Shown piece after piece: positions 13,911 through 27,453 of a stretch of DNA of 64,000 nucleotides; position 1 is the stretch's first letter, and each line of letters starts with the position of its first letter. The stretch comes from Octopus sinensis. Taxonomy: Eukaryota. The notes beneath the pieces are model-generated. The model was not told where the DNA came from and made no database searches. It was given only the letters and a program-made list of their open reading frames with translations. The stretch is taken from contig NC_042999.1 in the NCBI RefSeq assembly GCF_006345805.1, positions 153,264,001 to 153,328,000 of the forward strand. Reading direction: 5' to 3'. The position numbers were made by a program, and so were the translations under genes.

Positions 13911-15534
13911 CTGTATTGATGTTAAAATTTATATCTGCATGTGGTCAATAGATCAGCAGAACTGTCGACTCACTGATGATGATGACGATGATGGTGATGA
14001 TTAAAATGATTTCTGAATTCCAAACCAGTTTTATACCAGAATCATCCTCTGTGCCTTACAAATATTTTTATCAACCATCGAAAGGTGAAAAGCAAAGTCA
14101 ATTCTAGCAAAATTTGAACTCAAGACTAAGATTGACCCTAACATTTTATTTTTCCTATTAAAGTAGGGGTTAATTTTGTGGTCTTTTCCATTTCTGGTAA
14201 CACTCATCACAGTTGCCTTTGTGGCAGTGCTTTATGGCTGGATGCTCTTCCTGTCACCAACCCTGCTTTAGTTACCTAAAAATGGGTATAAGATTGACTC
14301 CATGTTTGTAAATGCTATTTTGATTTAATATTACTGTAATTGTGCATACCAGATTTTTATTCAGCCAAGTGACTGTTTGCAATGTCAGTGAATATTTTAT
14401 TCACTGTTTCTGTCAGTTGTGTCAAATTCTTGCCCTGGCAAATGGCTAAGTGTGAATCCATGTCATGAAAAATCCCCAAAATGTGAAATGCATTTGGTTT
14501 TGTTGCTGGCCACTTGCTGCTAGGGTGATTGTTTTTCTTTCCATCTCCCTCTGGTATTTATTGAGTTTTTAACACAACTTAAGAGATGTCATCTCTGAAC
14601 AAGTACCACAATAACTGGCCTATCAATGGTGTATATACATTAAGTATGATGCATAGATTGCTTTTTTAATCTAATAATGCCTCAATCACTTTTACCAGAT
14701 TTATATTTAATATTTGTCTTATCAGTATCCCTACTCTAATAATTGTCATTAGAACCATTACTTAGATCACTGTTGAGACAAAACATGTATGGAACTAGGG
14801 TAAAACTAACCTCATTACTTGACTGATACTCCTTTTTTGTTTATTGGTCTCAGAAAGATAAAAAATAGCATTGGCTTTAGGTGGATTTGAAATCAGAATT
14901 CAAAGGGGTTCAACTAAATCTATGAATAAATAGTATTGAGTCAGTCACTAAAGCAATGTTAGTACCAAAATATTTATTATATAGTTTATTTTCTTCAAAG
15001 AGAAATAGATTTACCAAGAAGTATGAGAAAGATCAATTCTTAAAACATTTTAGATGAAATCATAATTCCTACCATATTTTCTGGCAAACAACTCAACATA
15101 GAATACAATGTAAACATGTAGCGTAAACATTCAACAAATGTCAATATCTTTCCGAATCTTGCTGCAGCATTTCACATGGAATTTTTTGTCCTCCAAAGTT
15201 GTCTTGGTATATAAGTTGACCCGTAGGTTTTTCTGTTTTGTTTTTTGTTTTTTTTTTGTTTTTTTCTGTAAATTTTGGTCTTGACTTTCTCAGACCAAAA
15301 CTTATATACCAAGATAAGTCAACTGACATTGTAAACTTTGGTCAGAAAAATGAGTTGTATGCTGTATAATGCAGTAGATAAAAATGAAAGCCACGAGAAA
15401 ATTGATTTAAAAAATGAAATATTCCCTTAATTTCAAATGTAAAGACTTTAAAAACGTTTTAGTTATCGTTTTTCTTATCTCTTTCTTTCCTTCATCCACT
15501 TTTTCTTTTTTTTGTTTTTTTTGGTGGTTCTTAA

Positions 15535-15801
<267 letters not shown>

Positions 15802-16584
15802 TAAAGAATGAAGTAAAAAATAAAGAAAGAAAGAAAGAAACTAGAGAGAAAAGAATCACAAATCAGGACAAAAAATTAATGAATGTGATGTGATTTGGTT
15901 GATGGTGATGAAGGAGGAGGAATGAGGATGTTGATGATGATGATGATGATGATGTTTATTACTACTCTTCTTCTTCTTATTATTATATATGTGTCCATAT
16001 AAGTTGTAAAGGCTTGGTTGTTGTGGATGTAAACAGTGTTGATGTGGCTTATATCATTTTTGTTGACCGCCTATTTTGATGTTGATCATTGTTTATTTGG
16101 CTTTTTGTTGTTGTTATTGTTTTTGTATTTCAGCTTTTATCAGACAGTTACCATTTTTATCATTTCTCATTCGATAAAGCAGCAAACTTGTGTAATGTTT
16201 AATTATTTTGTCAAAATGTACATCACAGAAAGTACTTTCCATCGTATTTGTATTATTCCACATTTGGCATCAACCAGATGCCACCCCGCCCCACCCCCTG
16301 TATCCAGGGACCGGACCAGCTTGTCAAGAGTCTCCAGTTCCCTTTCTGTTGTACTGCATGCACCCACCCGGAGCCAGGCTCTTGTTTCCAGTGCATCCTT
16401 TGTGGTCATTAGGCCACAAATATCTTTAACAGCCTCTTCATCTCTTCCCCTCCACACATTCTATCAAGAAACAGACTTGTTACTAGTTCAAACATGCCTC
16501 AGGCATGTTTGAACCTGTAAGCAGGCCATTCACTGTATTTTGTGATGGAGAAAATTTTGTGTTGTAGACAGAAAGGTGTAAATA

Positions 16585-17129
16585 TTGGGTTGTCTGGAAA
16601 GTTTGTGCTGATTTTTAAAGGAAAGAAAAAGGTCAATAAATACTTGCCATTACGTTTTTAATCTATCAAATATAAACCATTTTGTTGCACAATGCATCTC
16701 CATCTTTCCTTTAACTTGAAAATACCCTCTTCCCAGAATTGAGGTGGTTTCATGGCAAAGAATTCATCAAGGTATCTTTTTATGTCAGCCAAGGAATTGA
16801 AATTCAAAGATCTGAATAAGTGGAAATCCGAAGGAGCAATATCTGGTGAATAAAGAGTGTGGGGTAACACATCCCAGCCGAGCTGCAGCAACTTTTGTCT
16901 GGTTCCCAAGGCATCAAGTGGTGGAAATGAACTTTTTTATCTTCCATTTTAAAGGGTTACAGAATTAATACAGGTTATAGGAACATAAACCTTCTTCCAT
17001 GAAAAGATAGCTTAAACTGTGCTCTAAATGGAGATGTAGTCAAATCCTATTTCATGGACTCAACCATGTTCTAAAATAAGTCGAAAGGTAAGCTACTATA
17101 AATTGGCACGAACTTTCCGGACAACCCAA
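16585..17129 (-). mobile_element. Non-autonomous mariner deletion derivative (about 545 bp) in a BAH-gene intron
   Basis: TIRs TTGGGTTGTCTGGAAAGTTTGTGC / GCACGAACTTTCCGGACAACCCAA with a TA on the left. Encodes the start MEDKKVHF.. fused to LGWDVLPHTLYSPDIAPSDFHLFRSL..KLKERWRCIVQQNG. Confidence 0.92.
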
Positions 17130-17604
17130 ACATCCAGTCAACTCACAGCTCTCCATAACCAGACTGTTGGATGCATGCATTTCAGAGTTGTTATCTCCTT
17201 CTCAGCTGCAGAGACCAGAAAGGCAGACACTGCGAACTGACATGAGAGACTGGTCCCTCTCAGGATATTCTCATCTATCAGGATGTCTTGGGCAGGGATT
17301 TGTGGTACACAGTATATCCAGGTGATGATAATGTAAATTAAGGCAGGGAACCAACAGAATTATTCTTTATTTTTTTTTACCTTTTTCAGTTATTTGACTG
17401 CGGCCATGCTAGAGCAACGCCTTTAGTCAAATAAGTCAACCCCAGGACTTATTCTTTGTAAGCCTAGTACTTATTCAATTGGTCTCTTTTGCCAAACTGC
17501 TAAGTTACAGCACACACACCAACATCGGTTGTCAAGTGATGCTGGCGGTGTTGACAAACACAGATGCCCAAGCACGCGCACGTATGTATGTATGTGTGTG
17601 TATG

Positions 17605-17636
<32 letters not shown>

Positions 17637-20600
17637 ATGGGCTTCTTTCAGTTTCCATCTACAAATCCACTCATAAGGCTTTGGTCGACACAAGACTATA
17701 GTAGAAGACACTTGCCCAAGGTGCCACGCAGTGAAATTGAACCCAGAACCATGTGGTTGGGAAGCAAGCTACTTACCACACAATTACTTTCTTTGTGGTG
17801 GCATTTGTTCCAGTTCTTTAGATATTGAGTTTAAACCCCACCATGGTCAGCTTTGTCTTTCATCCCTCTGGGGTCAATAATATAAAGTATGAATCATATC
17901 CTGGGGTCTCTGTATTTCCCTCATAATGCTGCCCTCGTGCCTAAATCAGAAATGATTATTATAGGGAAATCAGTTTCAGTTTGCAGTTTGAAGACTTTAA
18001 TCGAAATTGGAATGGAATTTGCCATAGAACCATGTCTGCTCATAGGGAAATATTATCTTGCTTGGAAACAGATGAGAGTTGGTGACAAGCAGGACATCTG
18101 CTTCAATGAATTCCATCAGAGACATACAAACATGGAAAAGTGTCTGTTAAAATGATGATGATGTTGATGGTGACAACAAAGACTATCTTTAAGGTTTACA
18201 GTAATCCCTCACCATATCACGGTTCACCTGTTGCAGTTTATTATTCAAGCTTACGTCGATTCCTCCGTGGTTCTGTTTTGCATTTATAATAAATATATAC
18301 AAAATATAAAAATGATTTAAAAAAATATATATAGTATTGCACCAGGCTCCATCTTGCCAGATCAATATGGAGCCAGGTGCAGCCATCTGGTTTGCCAGCC
18401 CTCAGTCAAAATCGTCCAACCCATGCTAGCATGGAAAGCAGATGTTAAACGATGATGAGTACTGTTTCTACTTTGTGGATTTTCACCTATCACTAGGGGT
18501 TTTGGAATGTAACACTTGCAATAATCAAGGGATTATTGTACTTTGCAAATCCTCCCAAATGTATAGCGATCAGGTCTAGCATTGATTTTTTTCATCATCA
18601 CACCATCATATCATTCTGTTTAGGATAAATAACATCAAGCCAAGTGAAATTGAAATCCTGGCCGATGCCAGTGTCATGTAATCGGCACTCGCTTGAGAAG
18701 ACATGTGAAGCCAAGCGAAGTCATAGTTGTGGCCAATGCCAGTGTCACATATCTGGCACCCATGCTGGTGACACATATAAAGCACCCTTCAAACTTTGGG
18801 CTTCATGGAGGCTGTGTCAAGTGACCAAGGTCTTTGCGATGTATTGTGTTTGAGAAGACCTGTCAAAGCCAAGTGAGATTACAGTCATGGCCAAAGGCAG
18901 TGTTTTGTAACTGGTACCCATGCTGGTGGCATATAAAAAGCACCCACTACTCACTCGGAATGGTTGGCATTAGGAATGGCATCCAGCTGTAGAAACCATG
19001 CCAAATCAGAATGAAACCTAGTGCAACTCCCCAGCTTACTAGTTTTCAATCAAACCATCCAATCCATGCCAGCATGGAAAACAGGCATTGAATGATGATG
19101 ATGATGAAGTCACCCAGAGATAAACCCCACATTAATGTTGCATTTTGATCATTGTTCAGACAAAATAATAGACTTCTTGCAGGGTCACTAGACCTGATAG
19201 AAATAGAAACTAAAATCTCATCATCTCCTATTGTCCCAACAAGCAGAAACTGTCCTGTTAAACCATAACAATGTAGAATCTGAAATACATTCTACACTAG
19301 AATCTTGTGGGCTCTAATTTGTATTATTGACACTTAACTCTCCCTGGCTTTGCAGTGCTGGCATCAAAGTCTGTTGGTGTTTATCACTTCTTGACTTTCA
19401 TTTTGGTTACTTGACCCTTTAGATAAAACAATGATCTGTCTTGAAAAACCATTCATTGAAGGAAGCCACATTGGTTAATGTTAGTCTCAGATACAGGACT
19501 GTTTTAGCAGCATTATGGCCCCCTGCTCTACTAGGCAAGTCAATGCACCGGGCTTTATTCTGTTTACTTATTGACAGCATACATAGCCACAACAGAGACC
19601 TAAATCAGTGCAGTGGGCTCTATAGTTTATATAACTGGCACCCTGTAGCTTTCAATGAGTGTCCCAGTCGATCCAATCAACAGGACAGCTTCTTCATGAA
19701 ATTAACATGTGTAGTTCTCAGGGAGATTCTGTGTGACACAATATGACATGGCTGGTCCTTTGAATTCCAGGTACAACTCATTTTTGCTAGCTGAGCGGAT
19801 TGGAGCAATGTGAAATAAAGTGTCTTGCTCAAGGAACACAATGCATTCTTGAGTACAGCAATGTGCCATTATATCTCAGTTATACGGCAGCAAGCGGGCA
19901 GAAATGTTAGCATGCCAGGTGGAATGCTTAACGAGTATTTTGTCTGTTTTTATGTTCTGAGTTCAAACTCTGCCGAGGTTGACTTTACCTTTCATCCTTT
20001 CGGGATCAATAAATTAAGTACCAGTTGTGTACTGGTGTTGATCTAATTGACTGGCCCTGTTCACAAAAATGTCGAAACTTGTGCCTAGAGTAGAAAAGAA
20101 TATTTTAAAGGCAGTGAACTGGCAGAAATGTTAGCATGCCAGGCGAAATGCTTAGCGATATTTCGTGTGTTTTTACGTTCTGAGTTCAAACTCCGCCGAG
20201 GTCAACTTTGCCTTCCATCCTTTCAGGGTCGATAAATTAAGTACCAGTTGTATACTGGGGTGATCTAATCGACTGGCCCCCTCCCCCAAAATTTTAGACC
20301 TTGTGCCAAGAGTAGAAAAGATATTTCAGTCATATAAAGATGGGCACATATTTGTTTTTACTGTTTAGGTGGTGGGGCTCTAAAAGGAGTCTCAGAGAGT
20401 AGCATCCCTGCCTTCCTGAGATAGTTTTCCACCACATTTCTTAAAAATCATGGTAGAGACTTTGGTCTCGTAACCACTCATGTCTAGAAACTGAGGTTGG
20501 GGGTAAGCAAGGGCATGCCCCCTGTAGAAAATCCAGCTCCAAAAAAGCCTCATGGTAGCAAAGGAGAATGGGCACCAGCCAGCCCAAAGGTTGGGGTGGG

Positions 20601-21118
20601 CTACACCTGCCTACCTCAGTTGCTATGACATTGAGGTAGACCCAGTTACCCCCATTAACAAGGACAAAACCCACATTTAAAATGCTGGATGATGATGGAT
20701 GATGACGACCAGATACATATATACGTGATTTTGTGGCTGAGTAATATATAGCAGCTTATTGGTGCTTATAAATGCATGATTGCATGTTTGTCTCAGTGTA
20801 TGTGTGTGTATATATGTATGTATGTATCTGTATATATATGTATATACAGCTACAATATTAGTTCCCCAGAATCTTTAGTGCCAAAGCTTTTCTGGATTCC
20901 GAAACTACAATGGTCACCTCTAAATTAAATACATGTTAAATTTATTCAGATAATCAAATGAAATACAGGTACCTGTACATTGGTATAAATGATACAAGTT
21001 TATTGATAATGTACTGTGCAAGGTTATTAATAAACTAGTCAGGTTGCCATGGGAATTTGAAGTTCCAGTTGGTGAATTAAAGAGATTCCAGACCAACAGA
21101 ATTTGGAAAGTCGGAGTC

Positions 21119-21485
21119 ATCTATTGTATAAAATCCATTCTGTCTGTCTGTGTGTCTTCTAGGATCTCAGGCATCCTCCATCCGATCGCGCTCAAATTTG
21201 ATATGTAGATACTGACAGTATCAGGGTGTGTATAAGTCTTGAGAAAATTACAAAAATTGATTCCAGGTGAGAATGCGGTCGATAAAGCCGTGGGAAATTG
21301 TTTTTCTTTGAAATAGAAAAAAAGTCTATCTTTATTTCTTCTTTTGCTGGTGTCTCAAATTTAGGTTAAGTCAGTGTTTCTCAAAGGGGAGGCCTATGGG
21401 ACGGTTGGACAAGTTGTTTTGAGAAAATTTGGTTTAAATGTTTGACACCTCAGCGCCATCCATTGGACGGGGCGTTTTGCTCGTA
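21119..21485 (-). mobile_element. Helitron-related non-autonomous element just upstream of the BAH exon
   Basis: Minus strand ends CAGACAGACAGAATGGATTTTATACAATAGAT and begins TATACGAGCAAAACGCCCCG. Confidence 0.4.
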
Positions 21486-21562
21486 TATATATATATATTC
21501 ATTCATTTGTACTTGTATAATAATAATAATTAGAAAATGTACATTAATATGTATGTAGATGA

Positions 21563-21829
<267 letters not shown>

Positions 21830-22447
21830 TAGTAAGAGTTTTGCTTCCCAACCTCATGGTTCCAGGTTCAATCCCACTGCATGGCACATTGGGCAAGTGT
21901 TTTCTTCTATAACCTTGGACTGTCCCGAAGCTTTGAGGGTGGACTAGGTAGAGGGAAACTGAAAGAAACCCATTTTGGTACCTAAAAAGCACCATCCATC
22001 CGTGGTCAATGCCAGCGCCACCTTGACTGGCTTCCGTGCCAGTGGCACGTAAAAAGCTCCAACCGATCATGGCTGTTGCCAGCCTCCCCTGGCACCTGTG
22101 CTGGTGGCATGTAAAAAGCACCCTCTACATTTACGGAGTGGTTGGCGTTAGGAAAGGCATCCAGCTGTAGAAACACTGCCAGATCAGACTGGAGCCTGGT
22201 GCAGCCTCCTGGCTTCCCAGACCCCGGTCGAACTGTCCAACCCATGCTAGCATGGAAAACGGATGCTAAACAATAATGATGATGATGATGATGAGGTGTG
22301 TGTCTGTCTGTCTGTCCCCCACCACTCCTTCATAACCACTGTTGCTTTATGTCCCTCTGTAACTTAGTTGTTCAGCAGAATAGTACCAAATAGCTTTTTG
22401 CTTCCTGTGTCATCTTATTTTGATATTTTTTGTTTCTTTCATTTCAG

Positions 22448-22657
22448 GGTGCCCTTTTTCAGTCACCTCACATTGACGAGAATGACGTTCAAACAATATC
22501 CCACAAGTGTGAAGTCCTCTCCATCAATGATTTTCGGCTACGCAAATACGATGCCAGCAGAATGGACGACTATGAAGATATTTACTTCCTGGCTGGGTCA
22601 TATGATCCAATGACTGGACGTGTCACTTATGAATCAGGAATACCAGAAATCATATGA
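22448..22657 (+). CDS. BAHCC1: Terminal coding exon (BAH C-terminus plus stop) of the BAHCC1/TNRC18-like gene
   Basis: GALFQSPHIDENDVQTISHKCEVL...DIYFLAGSYDPMTGRVTYESGIPEII* matches the family ALYQS.H.DENDVQTISHKC...YYLAGTYDPTTG. Acceptor atttcAG (22446-22447); TGA at 22655-22657. Confidence 0.95.
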   Translation, partial: GALFQSPHIDENDVQTISHKCEVLSINDFRLRKYDASRMDDYEDIYFLAGSYDPMTGRVTYESGIPEII

Positions 22658-22734
22658 CCAAAAACGAAAGGCAAATACAGCATAACAGAGACACAGTCAT
22701 AACCTTTTAAAAGTTGTCTGTTAATTCCATATAT

Positions 22735-22765
<31 letters not shown>

Positions 22766-23996
22766 TATCTACATACATACATACACCCTCCCCACACTCA
22801 TGTATGCATACAAGTATGTGTGTATGTTTGTGTATATATATATATGTGTGTGTATATAAATATATATGACAAAGGATTCTACAGACCAGTGAAAGATGCA
22901 AAAGCTATATTTACCAATTAAAATTCACACATAAAAACTAATGACAACATCAAATAGAAAAAAAGATTTTATTATAATTAAATGAGGACATTTGAAAGAA
23001 AAGTGATAATTAAAACTAAACGAATGAAAATAATTCACAGTTTAAAGACTAGTGCCATACTAACAGAAGAAGCCTGATGGTCTCTATGTTCGGAATTCTT
23101 CTGGAAACCTCATTGAAGGAATTTTTACTGCTATGGCTATTACCGTTATTTCAACAATGACCATAACTAATGATAATGAAACGACTGCTGAAGAAGTTGA
23201 TGGTGAAATATATGACCTTATAAAGCACCGTACCTATGGACGGGCTAATATATACATACATATATAGAGATGTGTGTATATATATATATATAAATTGGAT
23301 GATGATGATGATCAAATGGAAATAGTTGGTTATGAAAAACAACACTGCCTCTTTTAATCATTACTCATGGATTCATGAGAATGTGCAGAACAAATGAATT
23401 AATGTGTGTGTGTGTGTGTATGTGTGTGTGTGTGTGCCTATGTGTGTCTGTGCATATGCCCTGACCCCCCACCTGATACTAACAGACTTTGACTTCAAGA
23501 AATACAAAAAACGGAAAAGACTTTGATAAGTAAATTTGTGTAAATATACACACACATACACAAAAAAAAAACACATATAGAAATGAATAATGTACATTGA
23601 AATTTTTTTTTTTTGTTCTTAGTTTTTATTATTTTAATTTTTGTCTTTCATCATGATTTTGATGATGAGAGAAAACAAGACATTCTTACCTGGAATATTT
23701 CAGAATATTCTAAAACAGCTGCGATCAAGATAGAAACAAATTAAAAAAAATTACCTGCTGAAATATTGGCTAGCTGCATGCATTGTCTGCACCTGCCTTA
23801 TTTCTCATTGTATATATTGCATATAAATTTATATATATATGTGTGTATATATATGTATGTATATATATACATATATATATACTTACAGTAAAGCTATGGG
23901 TGCGTGCATGTGTGAGAGAGACAAAGAGAAAAAAACTGTGTATGCTTTTTATTGTATTATATGTACATTTAACAGTATACGTATTTTATATACATA

Positions 23997-24049
<53 letters not shown>

Positions 24050-26310
24050 TCACTAGCAAACATGCATACATGCAGATTGTTAAAAGACATTTCATGCATA
24101 ACTGCATATATGTACAGACTAATCACACACACACATGCAAACTTACACATACATATATGGACGTATACACATGTATGTATTTCTGCTGTTAGTTTGGGTT
24201 TAGCATGAAATCTGCCATTGCTGCTGTTGGTTTTTTTTTTTTTTGGAGTTCAGTTGCTCATGCTAATCTTTAATGGACTAACATTAACAGAAGAACATTT
24301 TTTACAAGGAATGAGAGGAAGGCGTAGGGTATTATCTCCCTTGCCATTTCACTCTTTTTTTTTTTTTTCATTTTTCTCTCTTTTTTTTTTTGTGATGAAA
24401 CTTGATGGACTTAAAACAATCCTTAAAAAAAATGTTAAAGAAAATTTTAGGAAACAAAAAAAAAAAAAAGCTATTTTACTTCAAGGAGAGAGATCGAGGA
24501 ACTTTATTATCAAGAAAAACTGGAAAAGGAGGAAAAAAAAAAAACGAAGCAAATTTGCAAAAAAAAAATCAGTAAAAGAACCAGACTTATTACTATTATT
24601 ATTATCATTATTATTATTATGGACTGAAAATTGACTTTTTTTTTTCCATTTTTGTTTCATTCAATGAATATTATTTCTATCTTCCTTGCATTGGAAAATG
24701 AAATAGATGACACATTGTTGCAGTTCTATGTTAAAATTAGATCCCTCCAAGAACTGGATATGGAATATGTGTGTATATATATGTATGTATGTATGTATGT
24801 GTGTGTGTTGATATACATATATATATATATGCCAACGGACGTGGGTGTTCATATATACGTGTATATATATGTGGAAGTGCATATATATATAAATATATAA
24901 ATATATATATATATATATATAATATATATGTTGATGTATGTTTGTATGGTATTGCTTTTAAAAGTTAACACTGAAGAAATGGAATCATTTCGTTATACTA
25001 CACTCAGAAAAATTAAAATGTTAATAAAAGGGAACATTTTATTGAAAAATGAAGTGATATAGTTGTTTGTTTGGTTTTAAGAATTCAATACTACTCTACT
25101 GTAAAAAAAAAAAAAAGAATCCCAAAACCCCCAATAATAATGATTATAATCATGAACACACACACGTTTTTTACAAATTGCGTAAGATAGAGCAAATGGG
25201 CATTATTTTCGACAGCTTGCTGTCTAATTAGGATGTCACAATAATAATAATAATAATAATAAAGCCAGCTGTTGAGTAGAATGAGGAAGCAAAGTGCCCG
25301 ATCCATAATACAGATGGTATTTAGTTTCGGTTCTGCATTCAATCTCTGCCAGAATTAATTTTGCATTTAAAAAAAAAAAATTTTTTTTCAACCTCAGAAT
25401 TCTTGGGGAGGGGACTTTAAAAATAGGTACCTTTCAACGATCGACAATGTGCCCTATAAGTCTGTATGAATATGGGGATGATCATAGTATTGGCGATGAT
25501 GGTGTTAATAATAATGATGATGATAATAATATTAATAATGATGAAATTGTAAATAAATATAAATATAAATATACATACATACATATATATATATAACAAT
25601 AAGTCCCTCATTTCTGATAATCAAGTTTGTATACATAAAAAAAGAAAAAGACAGTTTGGACTTCATAAATTTAGAACAAATGTTGAAAATTTGAAAATAT
25701 TGTAAATTATGAATCTGTAATTTTTGAAAGTATGTTAGGAGGATGTGAGATTTGTTTTTATTTTATTTTAATTTTTTTCTGTTGAAGAATATATCCATTA
25801 TGTTGGGGATTGGGAAGGGCAGTAATGAAATCAATATGTAAAAGACTGCTATTATTGCTACTACTACGATTACTACTGGCAACGAGGATTATTATAGTGA
25901 TGGTTATAATAATAAAATAATAACAATGGTATAAACATAAAATTAAAATGTGACCTAATTTCTTAATAAAAACAAATTGTTACTAACAAAATTTTATGTA
26001 AATGAAGAAAACTAATTATTGTATATGCGTGTGTGTGTATATATGTATGTATATATATAGTTGAAATTTATAGAAAAACAAATTACAGAGACAGGTGTAT
26101 GAACAAACAAGTTTATTAGTTTGGTGCTCAAGAAAAATGAAAAAAGTCTTTTATGTTTCGAGCATAAGCTCTTCAACAGAAAGGAATAAGAAAATAAGCA
26201 GAGAGAATTAAAAAAATTGTAGAGTTCAGTGGTCCAACATGGCGAATATATATATAAAATGAATAACAAAGGAAATTTTTAAAATGTGCTGTTTTCTAAT
26301 AAAGATGTAT
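22658..26310 (+). other. Putative long 3' UTR (about 3.6 kb) of the BAH gene
   Basis: SINE-free, A/T-run-rich stretch after the stop. AATAAA at about 25023, 25911, 25965 and 26298; SINE/transposon density resumes at about 26.4 kb. The end point is inferred. Confidence 0.45.
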
Positions 26311-26896
26311 AATGACTGACCATGTTGATAGTGATGGCTATGATGATGGTGATTCTGTGTGCGTTTGGTATTTGCTATGAAGATAAAATTAAAATAGGCT
26401 GTGTGGTAAGAAGTTTATTCCCCGACCACATCGTTCTGGATTCAGTCCCTATGGGTGGCACCTTGGACAAGAATTTTCTACTGTAACTTCAGGTCGACCA
26501 AATCCTTGAGTGGATTTAGTAGATGGAAACTGAAAGAAGCCTGTGATATATATACATGTATGTGTTTGGGTTTACGTCCTTATAACTTAACAGTTCAGCA
26601 AGAAAAATTAATAGAATAAGTACCAGGATTTAAAAAATAAGGTACTAGGGTTGATTTATTCGTCTTCAAATTTTTCAAGCAGTGCCTCAGCATTGCTGCA
26701 GTCTATTGGCTGAAACATCAACTCCAGTTTTTGACAGATTTTATTTTATTACCCCTGGGAGGTGAAAAAGTAAAGTCAACCTTGATGGAATTTGAACTCA
26801 AAATAATGAGCCAAGTAAACCTAAATGCTGCTCAGCATTTCGTCCAATATACCGTTGATCCCACCAATATATTGATTTTTGCCAGCTTGCCTTCTA

Positions 26897-27453
26897 TTGG
26901 GTTGTCCGGAAAGTTCGTGCCAATTTTTAAAGGAAAGAAAAAGGTCAATAGATACTTGCCATTACATTTTTAATCAACCAAATATGAATCATTTTGTTGC
27001 ACAATGCGTCTCCATCTTTCCTTTAACTTGAAAATACCCTCTTCCCAGAATTGAGGTGGTTTCATGGCAAAGAATTCATCATGATATCTTTTTACGTCAG
27101 CCAAGGAATTGAAATTTTTACCATTGAAATTATTCTGCAGAGACCTGAATAAGTGGAAATCCGAAGAAGCAATATCTGGTGAATATGGAGGGTGGGGTAA
27201 CACATCCTAGCCGAGCTGCAGCAATTTTTATCTGGTTCCCAAAGCATCAAGTGCCGAAAATGAATCTTCCATTTTAAAGGGTTACAGAATTTACACAGGT
27301 TATAGGAACATAAACCTTCTCCCACGAAAAGATAGCTTAAATTGTGCTCTAAATGGAGGTGTAGTCAAATCCTATTTTATGGACTCAACCATGTTCTAAA
27401 TAAGTCGAAAGGTAAGCTACTATAAATCGGCTCGAACTTCCCGGACAACCCAA
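26897..27453 (-). mobile_element. Non-autonomous mariner deletion derivative (557 bp), same family as 16585-17129
   Basis: TA-TTGGGTTGTCCGGAAAGTTCGTGCC ... GGACAACCCAA-TA; HPPYSPDIASSDFHLFRSLQN; same internal deletion junction as the other copy. Confidence 0.93.

Noticed and set aside
16200-17350. Complex sequence either side of the mariner MITE (ORF 16203-16457) as a possible LINE ORF remnant
   Set aside because: No diagnostic motif could be identified by eye.
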